Positions 21,067-33,025 of a DNA stretch of 64,000 nt are shown here, in pieces. Made by a program: the position numbers and the translations under genes. Each line of letters starts with the position of its first letter. The stretch's first letter is position 1. A model generated the notes under the pieces. That model did no database searches. It was not told where the DNA came from and saw only the letters and a list, made by a program, of their open reading frames with translations. Source of the stretch: Malacoraja senta (taxonomy: Eukaryota); the NCBI GenBank assembly GCA_038087875.1, contig CM075996.1, positions 1,862,001-1,926,000 of the forward strand, in the 5' to 3' direction.

Positions 21067-24000
21067 TTCACAGAATGCAATTTACAAACCTTCACACTAA
21101 TACCTTCAATCACCTTTTTTTCCCCCTCTTTATTTTCTGTTTTTATTCCACGTGAAGGTTCCACAATCACTCTCTCTCCGTCTCTCAACACCCCCCCCCC
21201 TCTCTCATATGGTCTGGTAGAAACATATAAAATTCTTAAGGGATTGGACAGGGTAGATGCAGGGAAAATGTTCCTGATGTTGGGGGGAGTCCAGAACCAG
21301 GGGGGTCACACACAGTTTAAGAATAAGGGGAGGCCATTTAGGACTGAGATGAGGAAAAACGTTTTCACCCAGAAAGTTGTGAGTCTGTGGAATTCTCTGC
21401 CTCAGAAGGCAGTGAAGGCCAATTCACTGGATGGTTCCAAGAGAGAGTTGGTTATAGCTCTTAGGGCTAACGGAATCAAGGGATATGGGGAGAAGGCAGG
21501 AACGGGGTACTGATTGGGGATGATCAGCCATGATCACATTGAATGGCGGTGCTGGCTTGAAGGGCCGAATGGCCTACTCCTGCACCTATTTCTATGTTTC
21601 TATCATATTGAGTGACGGCGCTGGCTCGAAGGGCCGAATGGCCTACTCCTGCACCTTTTTTCCATCTTTCTATGTTTCTCTCTCTCTCTGTCACCTGCTC
21701 CTTTGGTTTGTGTTCACATATGTTCCTCCTCCAATTAACCTTTCATGCCTGTCCCACCTCTTCTCCTCCCCCTAGTCCGAAGGAGTTCTCCTCCTCTCTT
21801 CCGATGAGAGTTCTGCATCTCCATCCCCTTTGTCTCGTTTTCACACCTGGCACCTCCTATCTCTGAACCTCCCTCTCCCCTGACTCCCAGTCTGAAGAAG
21901 GGTCTGACCCCGAAACGTCACCCATCCCTTCTCTCCATCAGAGATGCTGCCTGTCCCGCTGAGTTGCTCCAGCATTTTGGTGTCCACCTCATTTTCTGCC
22001 TCCAGGGCTTTCTCTCTGGGCCCTGGGGTAAACGCAGATCAAGCGTGAATAGGGTGGAAAAGTCGGCAGGATTTGCAGTGGGAGAGTTCCCAGCGTCATA
22101 GCTCTAGTCTAGTTTAGTTTAGTTTAGTTTAGAGATACAGCAGGAAACAGGCCTTCGGCCCATCGAGTCCGCACCTACAGCATAATCCATACACTAGCTC
22201 TATCCTACATTTGTTACGGTTGTTATCCTAAGAGCTTGGACGCTAGAGGCAGGAAACATGTTCCGATGTTGGGGGAGTCCAGAAACCAGGGCCACACACA
22301 GTTTAAGAATAAGGAGTAGCCATTTAAAACGGAGACGAGGAAAACACTTTTTCTCACAGAGAGTGGGTGAGTCTGTGGAATTCTCTGCCTCAGAGGGCGG
22401 TGGAGGCCGGTTCTCTGGATGCTTTCAAGAGAGAGCGAGATAGGGCTCTTAAAGATAGGATATGGGGAGAAGGCAGGAACGGGGTACTGATTGGGGATGA
22501 TCAGCCATGATCACATTGAATGGCGGTGCTGGCTCGAAGGGCGAATGGCCTACTCCTGCACCTATTGTCTGTTGTCTATTGTCTACACACACTAGGACAA
22601 TTTACAGAAGCCAATTAAACCTACAAACCCGCACGTCTTTGGAATATGGGAGGAACTGGAGCATGCGGGGAAAACCCACGCAGGTCACGTGGGGAGATCG
22701 TGCAAACTCCGCACAGAGTTGTGTCGAACTCTCATGTTAACGACGCAAGTCCCCACAAACACTGCGTAAAACAGCGATCTGTTTTGTGTGTTGGCAAGTG
22801 TGGGATAAACCCCTGGTTTAGAACATCAGGATTATTCTCCTAATCTGCACCCCAACTGAGACCATTGGATGAGCAACTCAGGGTGTGGTTTCATGATTTA
22901 GTTGAAAGTAAGGGGCGGCACGGTGGGGCAGCGGTAGAGCTGCTGCCTCACGGCGCCAGAGACCCCGGGTTCAATCCTGACTACGGTGCTTGTCTGTACG
23001 GAGTTTGTACTTCTCCCCGTGACCACGTGGGTTTTCCCCGGGTGCTCCGGTTTTCCCCCACACTCCAAAGGCGTGCAGGCTTGCAGGTTGACACAAAGAG
23101 CTGGGTTTTGTGTCTGTCTTTGGTTTAAACCAGCATCTGCAGTTCCCCCCTACTGCCTGGTAGGTTATTGGCTCCCTAGTGTGTGCGTGTGTGCGTGTGT
23201 GTGTGTGTGTGTGGATAGAACTAGTGTCTGGGTGGTCGATGGTCGGCGTCGACTCGATGGGCCGAAGGGCCTGTTTCCACGCTGTATGTCTAAAACTAAT
23301 CTAAATACCAGCTCTGAGGGACAGCATTCCCTCTGGGCATCCACTACCTCCTCTGGCAACGCGTTCCAGGCACCCACCACCCTCCATGTGAACCCTCTTG
23401 CCCCCCCCACATCACCCTTAAACTTTGCCCCTTTGCCCACAATGACAGTGACCAACATGATGCCGTTAAGTTAAACTGATCTCCTCATGCCTGCACGTGG
23501 TCCGTATCCCTCCATTCCTGCATATCCATGTGCCTGACAGCCTCTTAAACACCACTATCGTATCTGCCTCCTCCACCACCCCTGGTTCCAGGCACCCACC
23601 ACCCTCTGGGTAAAATAACTTTCCCCTCCCGCACATCTCCTTTAAGCTTGCCCCTCTCACCTTAAAACTATGCCCTCTAGTCTTCCACCTCAGTCTTCGA
23701 CATCTCCACCCTAGGAGCAAGGTTCTGATTGTCCACCACATCTGTGTCTCCCAGAATCTTTATGTACCTCTCACTGGGTCTCCTTCAACTGTGACGGCCC
23801 AGAAAAAAACAATCCAAGTAGAAACTTACAAAATTCTTAAGGGGTTGGACAGGCTAGGTGCAGGAAGATTGTTCCCGATGTTGGGGAAGTCCAGGACAAA
23901 TGGTCACAGTTTGAGGATAAGGGGGAAGTCTTTTTGGACCGAGATGAGAAAAACATTTTCACACAGAGAGTGTGAATCTGTGAATTCTCTGCACAGAAGG

Positions 24001-24260
24001 TAGTTGAGGCCAGTTCATTGGCTATATTTAAGAGGGAGTTAGATGTGGCCCTTGTGGCTAAAGGGATCAGGGGTATGGAGAGAAGGCAGGTACAGGATAC
24101 TGAGTTGGATGAATCAGCCATGATCATATTGAATGCCGGTGCAGGCTCGAAGGGCCGAATGGCCTCCTCCTGCACCTATTTTCTATGTTCTATGAACGTG
24201 CTTCCAGGGGTGGTGGTGGAGGCAGATACGTTAGTGGCATTTAAGAGGCTTCAGACGGGC

Positions 24261-24600
24261 TCTCCGCGGGATTGTCACCTTGTGGTGGTGGAAGAAGCTC
24301 GTGTGGTCTGAGATCCTGAGAGCGATGCTGTCTGGAGCTATCTATGCTCCCAGTAGGCCACCCATGGCGGTAAGGTCGAGGGGAGGTCTGGTCTCTGACA
24401 AAGAGCCAATCCAACCAAGACCTCAACGGTGGAACAGGCCGGAGGATGATGGCTGACCTTAGTGGGAACGTCACAACGGCTGGGAAGGCGGATGAAGACT
24501 TTGTCTGTGCATCGGTCTCCCCACGTTAAACAAAGTCACGCACAGGCGTCCTCCAACCCTGGAGACACCCAGGGTCAGCCATGACCGAAGGGGCCTGAGA
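24261..24600 (+). mobile_element. Short RTE-5'-derived non-autonomous element, copy 1 (inserted in a CR1 tail)
   Basis: Clear similarity to 32222-32628; RTE-type ccttgt(c/g)gtggtgg 5' motif; flanked by agacgggc/agacaggc. Confidence 0.65.
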
Positions 24601-27549
24601 AGACAGGCACATGGATATGCAGGATGGAGGGATATTGATCACGTGTAGGCAGAGGAGCTCAGTTTAACTTGCCGTCATGTACAGACATTGGGGCCGAAGG
24701 CCTAGTTCCTCCTCTCCACCTCCCTCTCCCTCTCATCCACACCCCCTCCTACTTCCTCCCTCTCTCCCCCCCTCCATACCAAACCCTCACACTCCCCCAT
24801 CCCTTCACTTTGTTTCTTCCTCCCCCTGGATCTATCACCCCTGCCTGCAAGGTGGGGAGAGGGGCAGGGAAGCATTGCCACAGTGTGGAGTGCGGGGGGG
24901 TGGGGGGTGGGGGGGTGCAGCGAGCCTGCATTCTCGAACCCTTGAAGCCGGCGCATCAAGGGTTAACGCGGAGTCTTCCAGATCTGTCTGCCTGTGATGT
25001 TTCGAGATGTTTTAAAAATAGACCTGGTTCGTGTTTTAAAGTCAGCAACCCTGCAGAGCAAAAATAGCAGCAGAGCTGGTCGTGCAGAGACTGATGAACA
25101 GAAGGCTCGTGCGTAATCTGGCTCGCTGGAGCACACAGCTGAGAGGCAGCCAGCGATGGCCGGCAAAAAAAAACCCAACCCGCAAACAAAAATCCTGCAG
25201 GGGTTGGGCAGGCGAGATGCAGGAAATATGTGAGGGTGGGCATTCTTGCTATTGAGGGAGTGCAGCGTAGGTTCACCAGGTTCATTCCCGGGATGGCGGG
25301 ACAGATATATAAGATATATATAAGAAACATAAGAAACATAGAAAAATAGGTGCAGGAGTCGGCCATTCGGCCCTTCGAGCTTGCACCGCCATTCAATATG
25401 ATCATGGCTGATCATCCAACTCAGTATCTCGTATCTGCCTTCTCTCCAATACCCCTGATCCCTTTAGCCACGAGGGCCACATCTAACTCCCTCTTAAACA
25501 TAACCAATAAAACTGGCCTCAACTACCTTCTGTGGCAGAGAATTCCACAGATTCACCACTCTCTGTGTGAGAAAAGTTTTTCTCATCTCGGTCCTAAAGG
25601 ATTTCCCCTCTATCCTTAAGCTGTGACCCCTTGGTATGAGCCTCTTAAAGAATAGGTCGACTTGGCTTATATTCACTGGAATTTAGGAGGTTGAGAGGGG
25701 ATCTTATAGAAACATATGAAATTCTTAAGGTAGACAAAAGTGCTGGAGAAACTCAGCGGATGCAGCAGCATCTATGGAGCGAAGGAAATAGGCAACGTTT
25801 CGAGCTGAAACCCTTCTTCAGACTTCAATTCTTCAATTCTTAAGGGATTGGACAGGCTAGATGCAGGAAAACTGTTCCCGATTAGGGGTCGAACATTTAG
25901 GACTGAGATGAGGAAAAACTTTTTCACCCAGAGAGTAGTGAATCTGTGGAATTCTCTGCCACAGAAGGCAGTGGAGGCCAATTCACTGAATGTTTTCAAG
26001 AGAGAGTTTGATATAGTTCTTAGGGCTAACGGAATCAAGGGATATGGGGAGAAGGCAGGAACGGGGTACTGATTGGTGATGATCAGGCATGATCATATTG
26101 AATGGGGGTGCTGGCTCGAAGGGCCAAACGGCCTACTCCTGCACCTATTGTCTATGTTTCTATCTCCACACAAACCCACTACTCCATCCTTCCCCCTACC
26201 CAGTTCTCCCACCAGTCTCACTGTCTCCGACTACATTTTAACTCTGTTTGCTTGCTGTTCCCTGCTCCCAACTAACAACGATCTATTCTACAATTTCCTT
26301 GATCTCCATTCCCTTTGTCCTGTTTTAACGCCTCACAGTTCCTTATCTATGTATCCCCTCTCCCATGTCTCTCATTCTGAAGAAGGGTCTCGAGCCGAAA
26401 CGTCACCCATTCCTTCCTCCAGAGACGCTGCCTGTCCCGCTGAGTTACTCAAGCATTTTGTGTCTATCTTCAGTGTAAACCAGCATCTGCAGTTCTTCCT
26501 ACACATTCCTACCGCACCTTGGGGTTACCCAGTTAGCTCTTTCAAGCCCCCACCAAGAGAACCGTCACCTTCAGCTTCCAGAACACCTTCAACCCATTCA
26601 ATTATCTTCAACCAACCATCTTAAGGGCGGCATTGTGGCCCAGGTTTGATCCTGACCACGGGTGGTGTCTACATGGAGTTTGCACGTTCTCCCTGTGACC
26701 GCGTGGGTTTTCTCTGGGTGTTCCGGTTCCTTCCCACGTTACAGATATGTACGGGTTTGTAGGTTAATGTATAAAATTGCCTCCTAAAGTGTAGGGAGTG
26801 GATGAGAAAGTGGGATAGGATAGAAATGGTCGTCGTGGACTCGCTGGGCCGAAGGGCCTGTTTCCAGGCTGTGTCTTTCAGCCGGTCAATACAAGTTGCC
26901 TCACTTTCGAATGGCGCAGCGGGTAGAGCTGCTGCCTCACGGCGCCAGGGACCCGGGTTCGACCCTGACAACTGGTGCTGTCTGTACGGAGTTTGCACGC
27001 TCTCCTGGTGACCGCGTGGGTTTTCTCCGGTTTCCTCCCACACTCCAAAGACGTGCAGGGTTGTAGGTTAATTGTGTGGGATAGTGCTAGTGTACGGGGT
27101 GATCGCTGGTCGGCACGGACTCGGTGGGGCCGAAGGGCCTGTTTCCGAGCTGTATCGCTAAATTCTAAAGTTAAATAAAAAGTCTAAATTCCTGCTGAAG
27201 GCTCTTTCGAAATTTCTGTTCATTTACTAACCTGTGTCTTAGCTTATTTTGTCCAGTCCACCTTGGACAGCCACCCTTCAAATGTTATAGCTGCTCTTAC
27301 CTAAGTTGAAGACAGTGGTTTTGGCCCTATGAGGTTCATCCTCAAACTGCATGGATTTTTACCTTCGTGCCTCCTGGAAGAACAACAAGATCTCTTATTA
27401 ATCCTTCCTCGTTACTCATGATCAAATCTAAAGCAGCCGACACCGTAACATATTGTTCCAACAAATAATTCCAGGCACACGGACTTCTTCCTCGATGCCT
27501 TTGCCAGATCAGTCGGTCTGATCAATATGATCAACAGCTGACCTGTCTG

Positions 27550-28240
27550 CTTTCCGCAAACACCGCTCCCTCTGTAACTCCCTGGTCAATTCTTCCCTTC
27601 CCTCCCGCACCACCCCCCACCCCCTCCCCGGGCACTTTCCCTTGCAACCGCAGGAGATGCTACACTTGTCGATTTACCTCCCCCCTCGACTCCATTCAAG
27701 GACCCAAGCAGTCGTTCCAGGTGCGACAGAGGTTTACCTGCACCTCCTCCAACCTCATCTATTGCATCCGCTGCTCTAGATGTCAGCTGATCTACATCGG
27801 TGAGACCAAGCGCAGGCTTGGCGATCGTTTCGCCGAACACCTCCGCTCGATCCGCATTAACCAACCTGATCTCCCGGTGGCTCAGCACTTCAACTCCCCC
27901 TCCCATTCCGAATCCGACCTTTCTGTCCTGGGCCTCCTCCATGGCCAGAGTGAGCACCACCGGAAATTGGAGGAGCAGCACCTCATATTCCGCTTGGGCA
28001 GTTTGCACCCCAGTGGCATGAAGATTGAATTCTACAATTTCTGGTAGCCCTTGCTGTCTCCTCCCCTTCTCAGCTCTCCCTCAGCCTTTGGCTCCTCCTC
28101 TTCCTTTCTCCTTTCTTCTCCCCGCCCCCCCCCCCCCTACATCAGTCTGAAGAAGGGTTTCTGCCCGAAACGTTGCCTATTTCCTTCGCTCCATAGATGC
28201 TGCCTCACCCGCTGAGTTTCTCCAGCACTTTTGTCTACGG
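27550..28240 (+). mobile_element. Penelope-like element 3' fragment: GIY-YIG endonuclease + pLTR
   Basis: Frame encodes GTFPCNRRRCYTC...FTCTSSNLIYCIRCSRCQLIYIGETKRRLGDRFAEHLRSI...VAQHFN...RKLEEQHLIFRLGSLHPSGMKIE (GIY-YIG with Cys/His zinc-binding linker); stop 28047; followed by a CTGAAGA..GAAAC pLTR. Confidence 0.88.
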
Positions 28241-29043
28241 TCTGATCAATATCTCCTGTGGCGAAGATAGACACAAAATGCTGGTGTAACTCAGCGGGTC
28301 AGGCAGCATCTCTGGAGACAAGGAATGGGTGACGTTTCGGGTCCGAAGAAGGGTCTCCGCCCGAAACATAACCCACTCCTTCTCTCCAGAGATGCTGCCT
28401 GGCCCGTTGAGTTAATAGACAATAGACAATAGGTGCAGGAGTAGGCCATTTGGCCCTTCGAGCCAGCACCGCCATTCAATGTGATCACGGCTGATCATCC
28501 CCAATCAGTACCCCGTTCCTGCCTTCTCCCCGTATCCCTGACTCCGCTATTTTTAAGAAAATAGTTACTCCAGCATTTTGTGTCTATCTTTAGGTTTGTA
28601 GGTTAATTGGCTTGGTAGTAAATTGGCCCTAGTGTGTGTCGGATAGTGTTAGTGTGTGGGGATCGCTGGTCGGTATGGTCTCGGTGGGCCGAAGGGCCTG
28701 TTTCCGCACTGTATCTCTAAACTGAACTAAACTCCACATGCCCCATGCCTCCGTCCCTCTCCCTACACCCCCTGGTCCCCTGGTCACTCACTCACTCACT
28801 CACGCACTCACTCACTCACACACGACCCCTCGGAAGCCTTCGTTCCCATTCATCGTTCCTCTCCTGTTCTCTCAACATCCCTTTAATCACCCTGAGCAGC
28901 CACCTGAAGGCACCGGGTTTGCCCCAGAGAAGCGGCAAGCTCACTGTGCCTGGGGTGTGTGGGCACCGTGTCGCTCACACCCGCCAGCCACACTCACGGT
29001 GGGGAGGCTGGGACAGGAGGGGGTGGAGAGAGAGAACAACCCT

Positions 29044-30015
29044 CACACACACACACACACACACGCACACACGCTCACTCACACACACGGCCAAACACAC
29101 ACACACGCTCATGTACACTCACACACTCACTTACACTTACACTCACACATCCATGCACACGCATACACACTCACTCAGTCATAAACACACTCACACTCAC
29201 ACTTATGCACACACTCATACGCTCACTCACACACTAACTCATGCACATACACACACACACTAATTCATATATATATACATGCACACACTAACTCATATGT
29301 ACGTGCACACACACATACACACACTCACACGCATGCACAAGCTCATATACATACACACACTCACACATACAAACACTCACGGTCTACACACGACACACAC
29401 ACATTCTCACACACTAACTCATATATGTATGCACACACACTCACACATTCGCACAGTCTACCACACACACAAACACACTAGCACACATTCACACTCATAT
29501 ACACTTCCATGCACATTCATATACACACATAGACACACACACTTACACATGCACCTACAATTGTATGCACACATTCACATGCAAACTCTCACAAACACCT
29601 GCACATTTATACCCATAAACATGAACTTGTACACATATATACACACGCTCGTGCACACACACTAGCACGTTAGCGCACATACACATATGCGCGCACACAC
29701 ATACGCATGCACACACGCATGCACATGCACACACATACACACGCACACGCATGCACACACACACACACACACACACTCATGCATACACACACATGCACAC
29801 ACAAATGAACACACACACACGCACACACACACACATGCACACACGCATGCACACACGCATGCACATGCGCACACACATATACACACCCACGCACACACAT
29901 ATACACACGCACGCACACATGCACACACACATGCGCGCACACATACATGCACACACACATGCACACATGCATGCACACACAAATGCACACACACACACGC
30001 ATGCACACGCACGCA
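29044..30015. repeat. Degenerate (CA)n array
   Basis: Directly visible. Confidence 0.93.
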
Positions 30016-30619
30016 CCCCCCTCACTGTAACACTAGCTGCTTACAACATGAAGGCACTAACACACTGAAGGGCATGGACAGGACAGGTGCATGGACAGGA
30101 CAGTGATAGAGAGATATGGGCCAACCGCGTGCAGATAGGACTAGTGTCGATGGGGTATTTTGGTTAGCATTGACAAGTTGGGCCGAAGGGCCTGTTTCCG
30201 TGCTGTATGACTATGAAGTGGACATAATTACTACAAGAAATGGGCCTATCTCTTCTTTAAAGAGACACAAGAAACTGCAGATGCTGGAATCTTGAACAAA
30301 CACAAAGTACTGGAGGAACTCAGCGGGTTATGAAGTTATACAGTCAAACAGCACGAAAACAGGCCCTTCGGCCCAACTCATTGATGTCGTCCAAGAGGTC
30401 CCATCTAAGCTCGACCCATGTGTCTGCATTTGGCCCATTTCATTTGGAGAGGCAGATCGACGTTGGGCTGAAGAAGGGTCTCGACCCCGAAACGTCACCC
30501 ATTCCTTCTCTCCACAGATGCTGCCTGTCCCGCCGAGTTACTCCAGCGTTTTGTGTCGTGGCCCTAGTACGCTCTGTCTGCCCTTTCCCCTGCGGTTCAA
30601 AGGTCACTAGGGTTGGGCA

Positions 30620-31066
30620 ATGAATGCTGTTGGACTCATTGGAGGTTAGTCTTGGAGGGGGGAGGATGCTCCTCAAACTGCGGAGCATCCTGGACAATAC
30701 AGCTCACCCCCTCCTCCGTGACCTACTGGTCAACCTGAGGAGCACCTTCAGCAACAGACTGGTCCCACCAAGATGCAGCACAGAACGCCACAGGAGATCC
30801 TTCTTCCCTGTGGCTGTCAAACTGTACAAATCCTCACCCCTCTGTCGTGGGGTAGACTGAGACTGAGTGAATCCCATCCCTCCCCCCCAATCTTCGCACA
30901 TCCCCAATCCTTTCCACTCGTCATTTTAGTTTCATGTTTCATGGAGTTTGTGTTTTATGACTGTTGGCAGATCAATTTCCCTCCTGGGATAAATACCGAT
31001 CTATGGTATGGTATGGTATGGTATGGTATGGTATGGTATGGTATGGTATGGTATGGTATGGTATGG
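30620..31066 (+). mobile_element. Rex1/Babar-like LINE 3' end with (TATGG)n tail
   Basis: KLRSILDNTAHPLL..LV..RSTFSNRLVPPRCSTERHRRSFFPVAVKLY is the typical Rex1-type C-terminus; ends aatttccctcctgggataaata + microsatellite. Confidence 0.7.
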
Positions 31067-31700
31067 TATATTTGATCATTGACTGAAGAGCAGAATTGGT
31101 TGAGGCACCAGCATCAGTTGGGAATGGGGGTCAGTGGGTTGGGATGGAGTTTGGAGCATTAGACAATAGACAATAGACAATAGGTGCAGGAGTTGGCCAT
31201 TCGGCCCTTCGAGCCAGCACCGCCATTCAATGTGATCATCCCCAATCAGTACCCCATTCCTGCCTTCTCCCCATATCCCCCTGACTCCGCTATCTTTAAG
31301 AGCCCTTTCTAGCTCTCTCTTGAAAGCATCCAGAGAACCGGCCTCCACCGCCCTCTGAGGCGGAGAATTCCACAGACTCACAACTCTCTGTGAGAAAAAG
31401 TGTTTCCTCGTCTCCGTTCTAAATGGCTTACTCCTTATTCTTAAACTGTGTGTGGCCCCTGGTTCTGGACTCCCCCAACATTGGGAACATGTTTCCTGCC
31501 TCTAGCGTGTCCAAGCCCTTAGCAATCTTAGGGAACGTGGCGTTTCCCAGATCGGCGTCGACACACCCTCTCCCCCCCCCCCCCCCCATCTCCAGTGCTG
31601 TCCTGCGCCTTTATATCTGGCAGTTGTCTCTCTCTCCGACGAGACTCCCTCGAGGCATAGGGCTGTGACTCATGCCAAGAGAAGGCTTCCCCTCTCCCTG

Positions 31701-31742
<42 letters not shown>

Positions 31743-32221
31743 AACACACGTTCACACACATCTCCATAATCCAGCAGCCTGCCTTCCCTCAGCCTGAGCA
31801 ATGAGTCACAGAGTGAGTCAGGGTTCCCTTTCTAAGAGGTTTTAAAATACTCGGTCTCTACTGCTCCAGTTCCACTGCAGGGAATCCCCTAACTTGTTTA
31901 AGCAAATGTTTTCCCAGACGGAGTCATAGTCACAGAGTCGAGCAGCATGGACACAGGCCCTTCGGCCCATCTAGCCCATGCCGACCATGGTGCCCCATCT
32001 ACACAAGACTTGGCACTCTGGGGATGCAGCTCATCGCTAAACTCCGTACAGACAGCACCCGTAGTCAGGATCGAACTCGGGTCTCTGGCGCTGTGAGGCA
32101 GCAGCTCTACCCGCTGCGCCACCCTGCCGCCCAGTCACAGGAGCTTTTGCCCAACAAAAGAAGCACTGAGCCACAGAGTGATATTGGAACGATGTTTTTT
32201 AGAGTTCAGAGTTTAGAGACT

Positions 32222-32628
32222 TCCCCGCGGATTGTCACCTTGTCGTGGTGGAGAAGCTCGCGTGGTCCTGAGATCCTGAGAGCGATGCCGTCTGGAGCGA
32301 TGCTCCCGGTAGGGCCACCCATGGCGGTAAGGTCGAGGGGGAGGTCTGGTCTCTGACAGAGAGCCAATCCAACCAAGACCTCAACGGTGGAACAGGCGGG
32401 AGGACGATGGCTGACCTTAGTGGAGCGTCACAACGGCTGGGAAGGCGGATGAAGGCTTGGTCTCCGGTCGTCTTGGACTCCACGCCACTGGATCCTGACC
32501 CAGATCTGTCAAGGACCGTGGGGTGGCTGTCTGTCCACCAGTCTCCCCACGTTAAACAAAGTCTTCCATATAGGGAATAGCACCCTGGAGACACCCATGG
32601 TCAGCCATGACCACAGGGGGCCTAAGAA
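32222..32628 (+). mobile_element. Short RTE-5'-derived non-autonomous element, copy 2
   Basis: Aligns by eye with 24261-24600 plus a ~65-nt segment absent from copy 1; aagaaga tail; flanks agagtttagag/agagtttcgag. Confidence 0.65.
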
Positions 32629-32700
32629 GAGTTTCGAGTGCAGAAACTGGCCCTTTGGCCAACTGAGTCCATGCCGACCAGCGATCACCCCACACACTTA

Positions 32701-33025
32701 TAGCCCTGTCCCACGGTACGAGTTCATTCCAACAGCTCTCTCTCCGGAGTTTGCCCTGATTCGAACTCGGAGATTTACGGTAATGGCCGCTCGTCGGTAC
32801 TCGGGGCTCTCGTGATCATTCTTCAACATGTTGAAAAATCTTCACGAGTCTTCCCGTGCTTACCTGCCGTTAGCGAGTCTTCCCGAGTACCTGCCGTTAG
32901 CGCTAAGAGACGTCCCCGAGCTCCGACGTACCCACCACGTTCATTCTCCGTGCTTACCACGAGTTTTGATTTTTTTTAAACTCGGGAGAGCTCTTGGAAT
33001 GAACTCGCACCGTGGGACAGGGCTA
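32701..33025. mobile_element. MITE, probably PIF/Harbinger-type, nested in a V-SINE
   Basis: ~40-bp TIRs TAGCCCTGTCCCACGGT(A/G)CGAGTTCATTCCAA..; TTA on both sides (32698-32700, 33026-33028); no transposase; host SINE sequence resumes on each side. Confidence 0.8.

Noticed and set aside
22912..22990. tRNA gene
   Set aside because: The A/B boxes run straight into the V-SINE core; it is a SINE head without a complete cloverleaf.
25012..25145. MEF2 site plus E-box as a muscle enhancer
   Set aside because: Short motifs expected by chance; no independent support.
27380..27545. Unique-looking sequence as a host exon
   Set aside because: The minus strand reads LEQYVT..ALDLIMSNEEGLIRDLVV, a decayed CR1 endonuclease-region fragment.
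28820..29007. Minus-strand exon with a strong acceptor and GTGAGT donors
   Set aside because: The donors come from an (ACTC)n microsatellite and no recognisable protein results; insufficient support.
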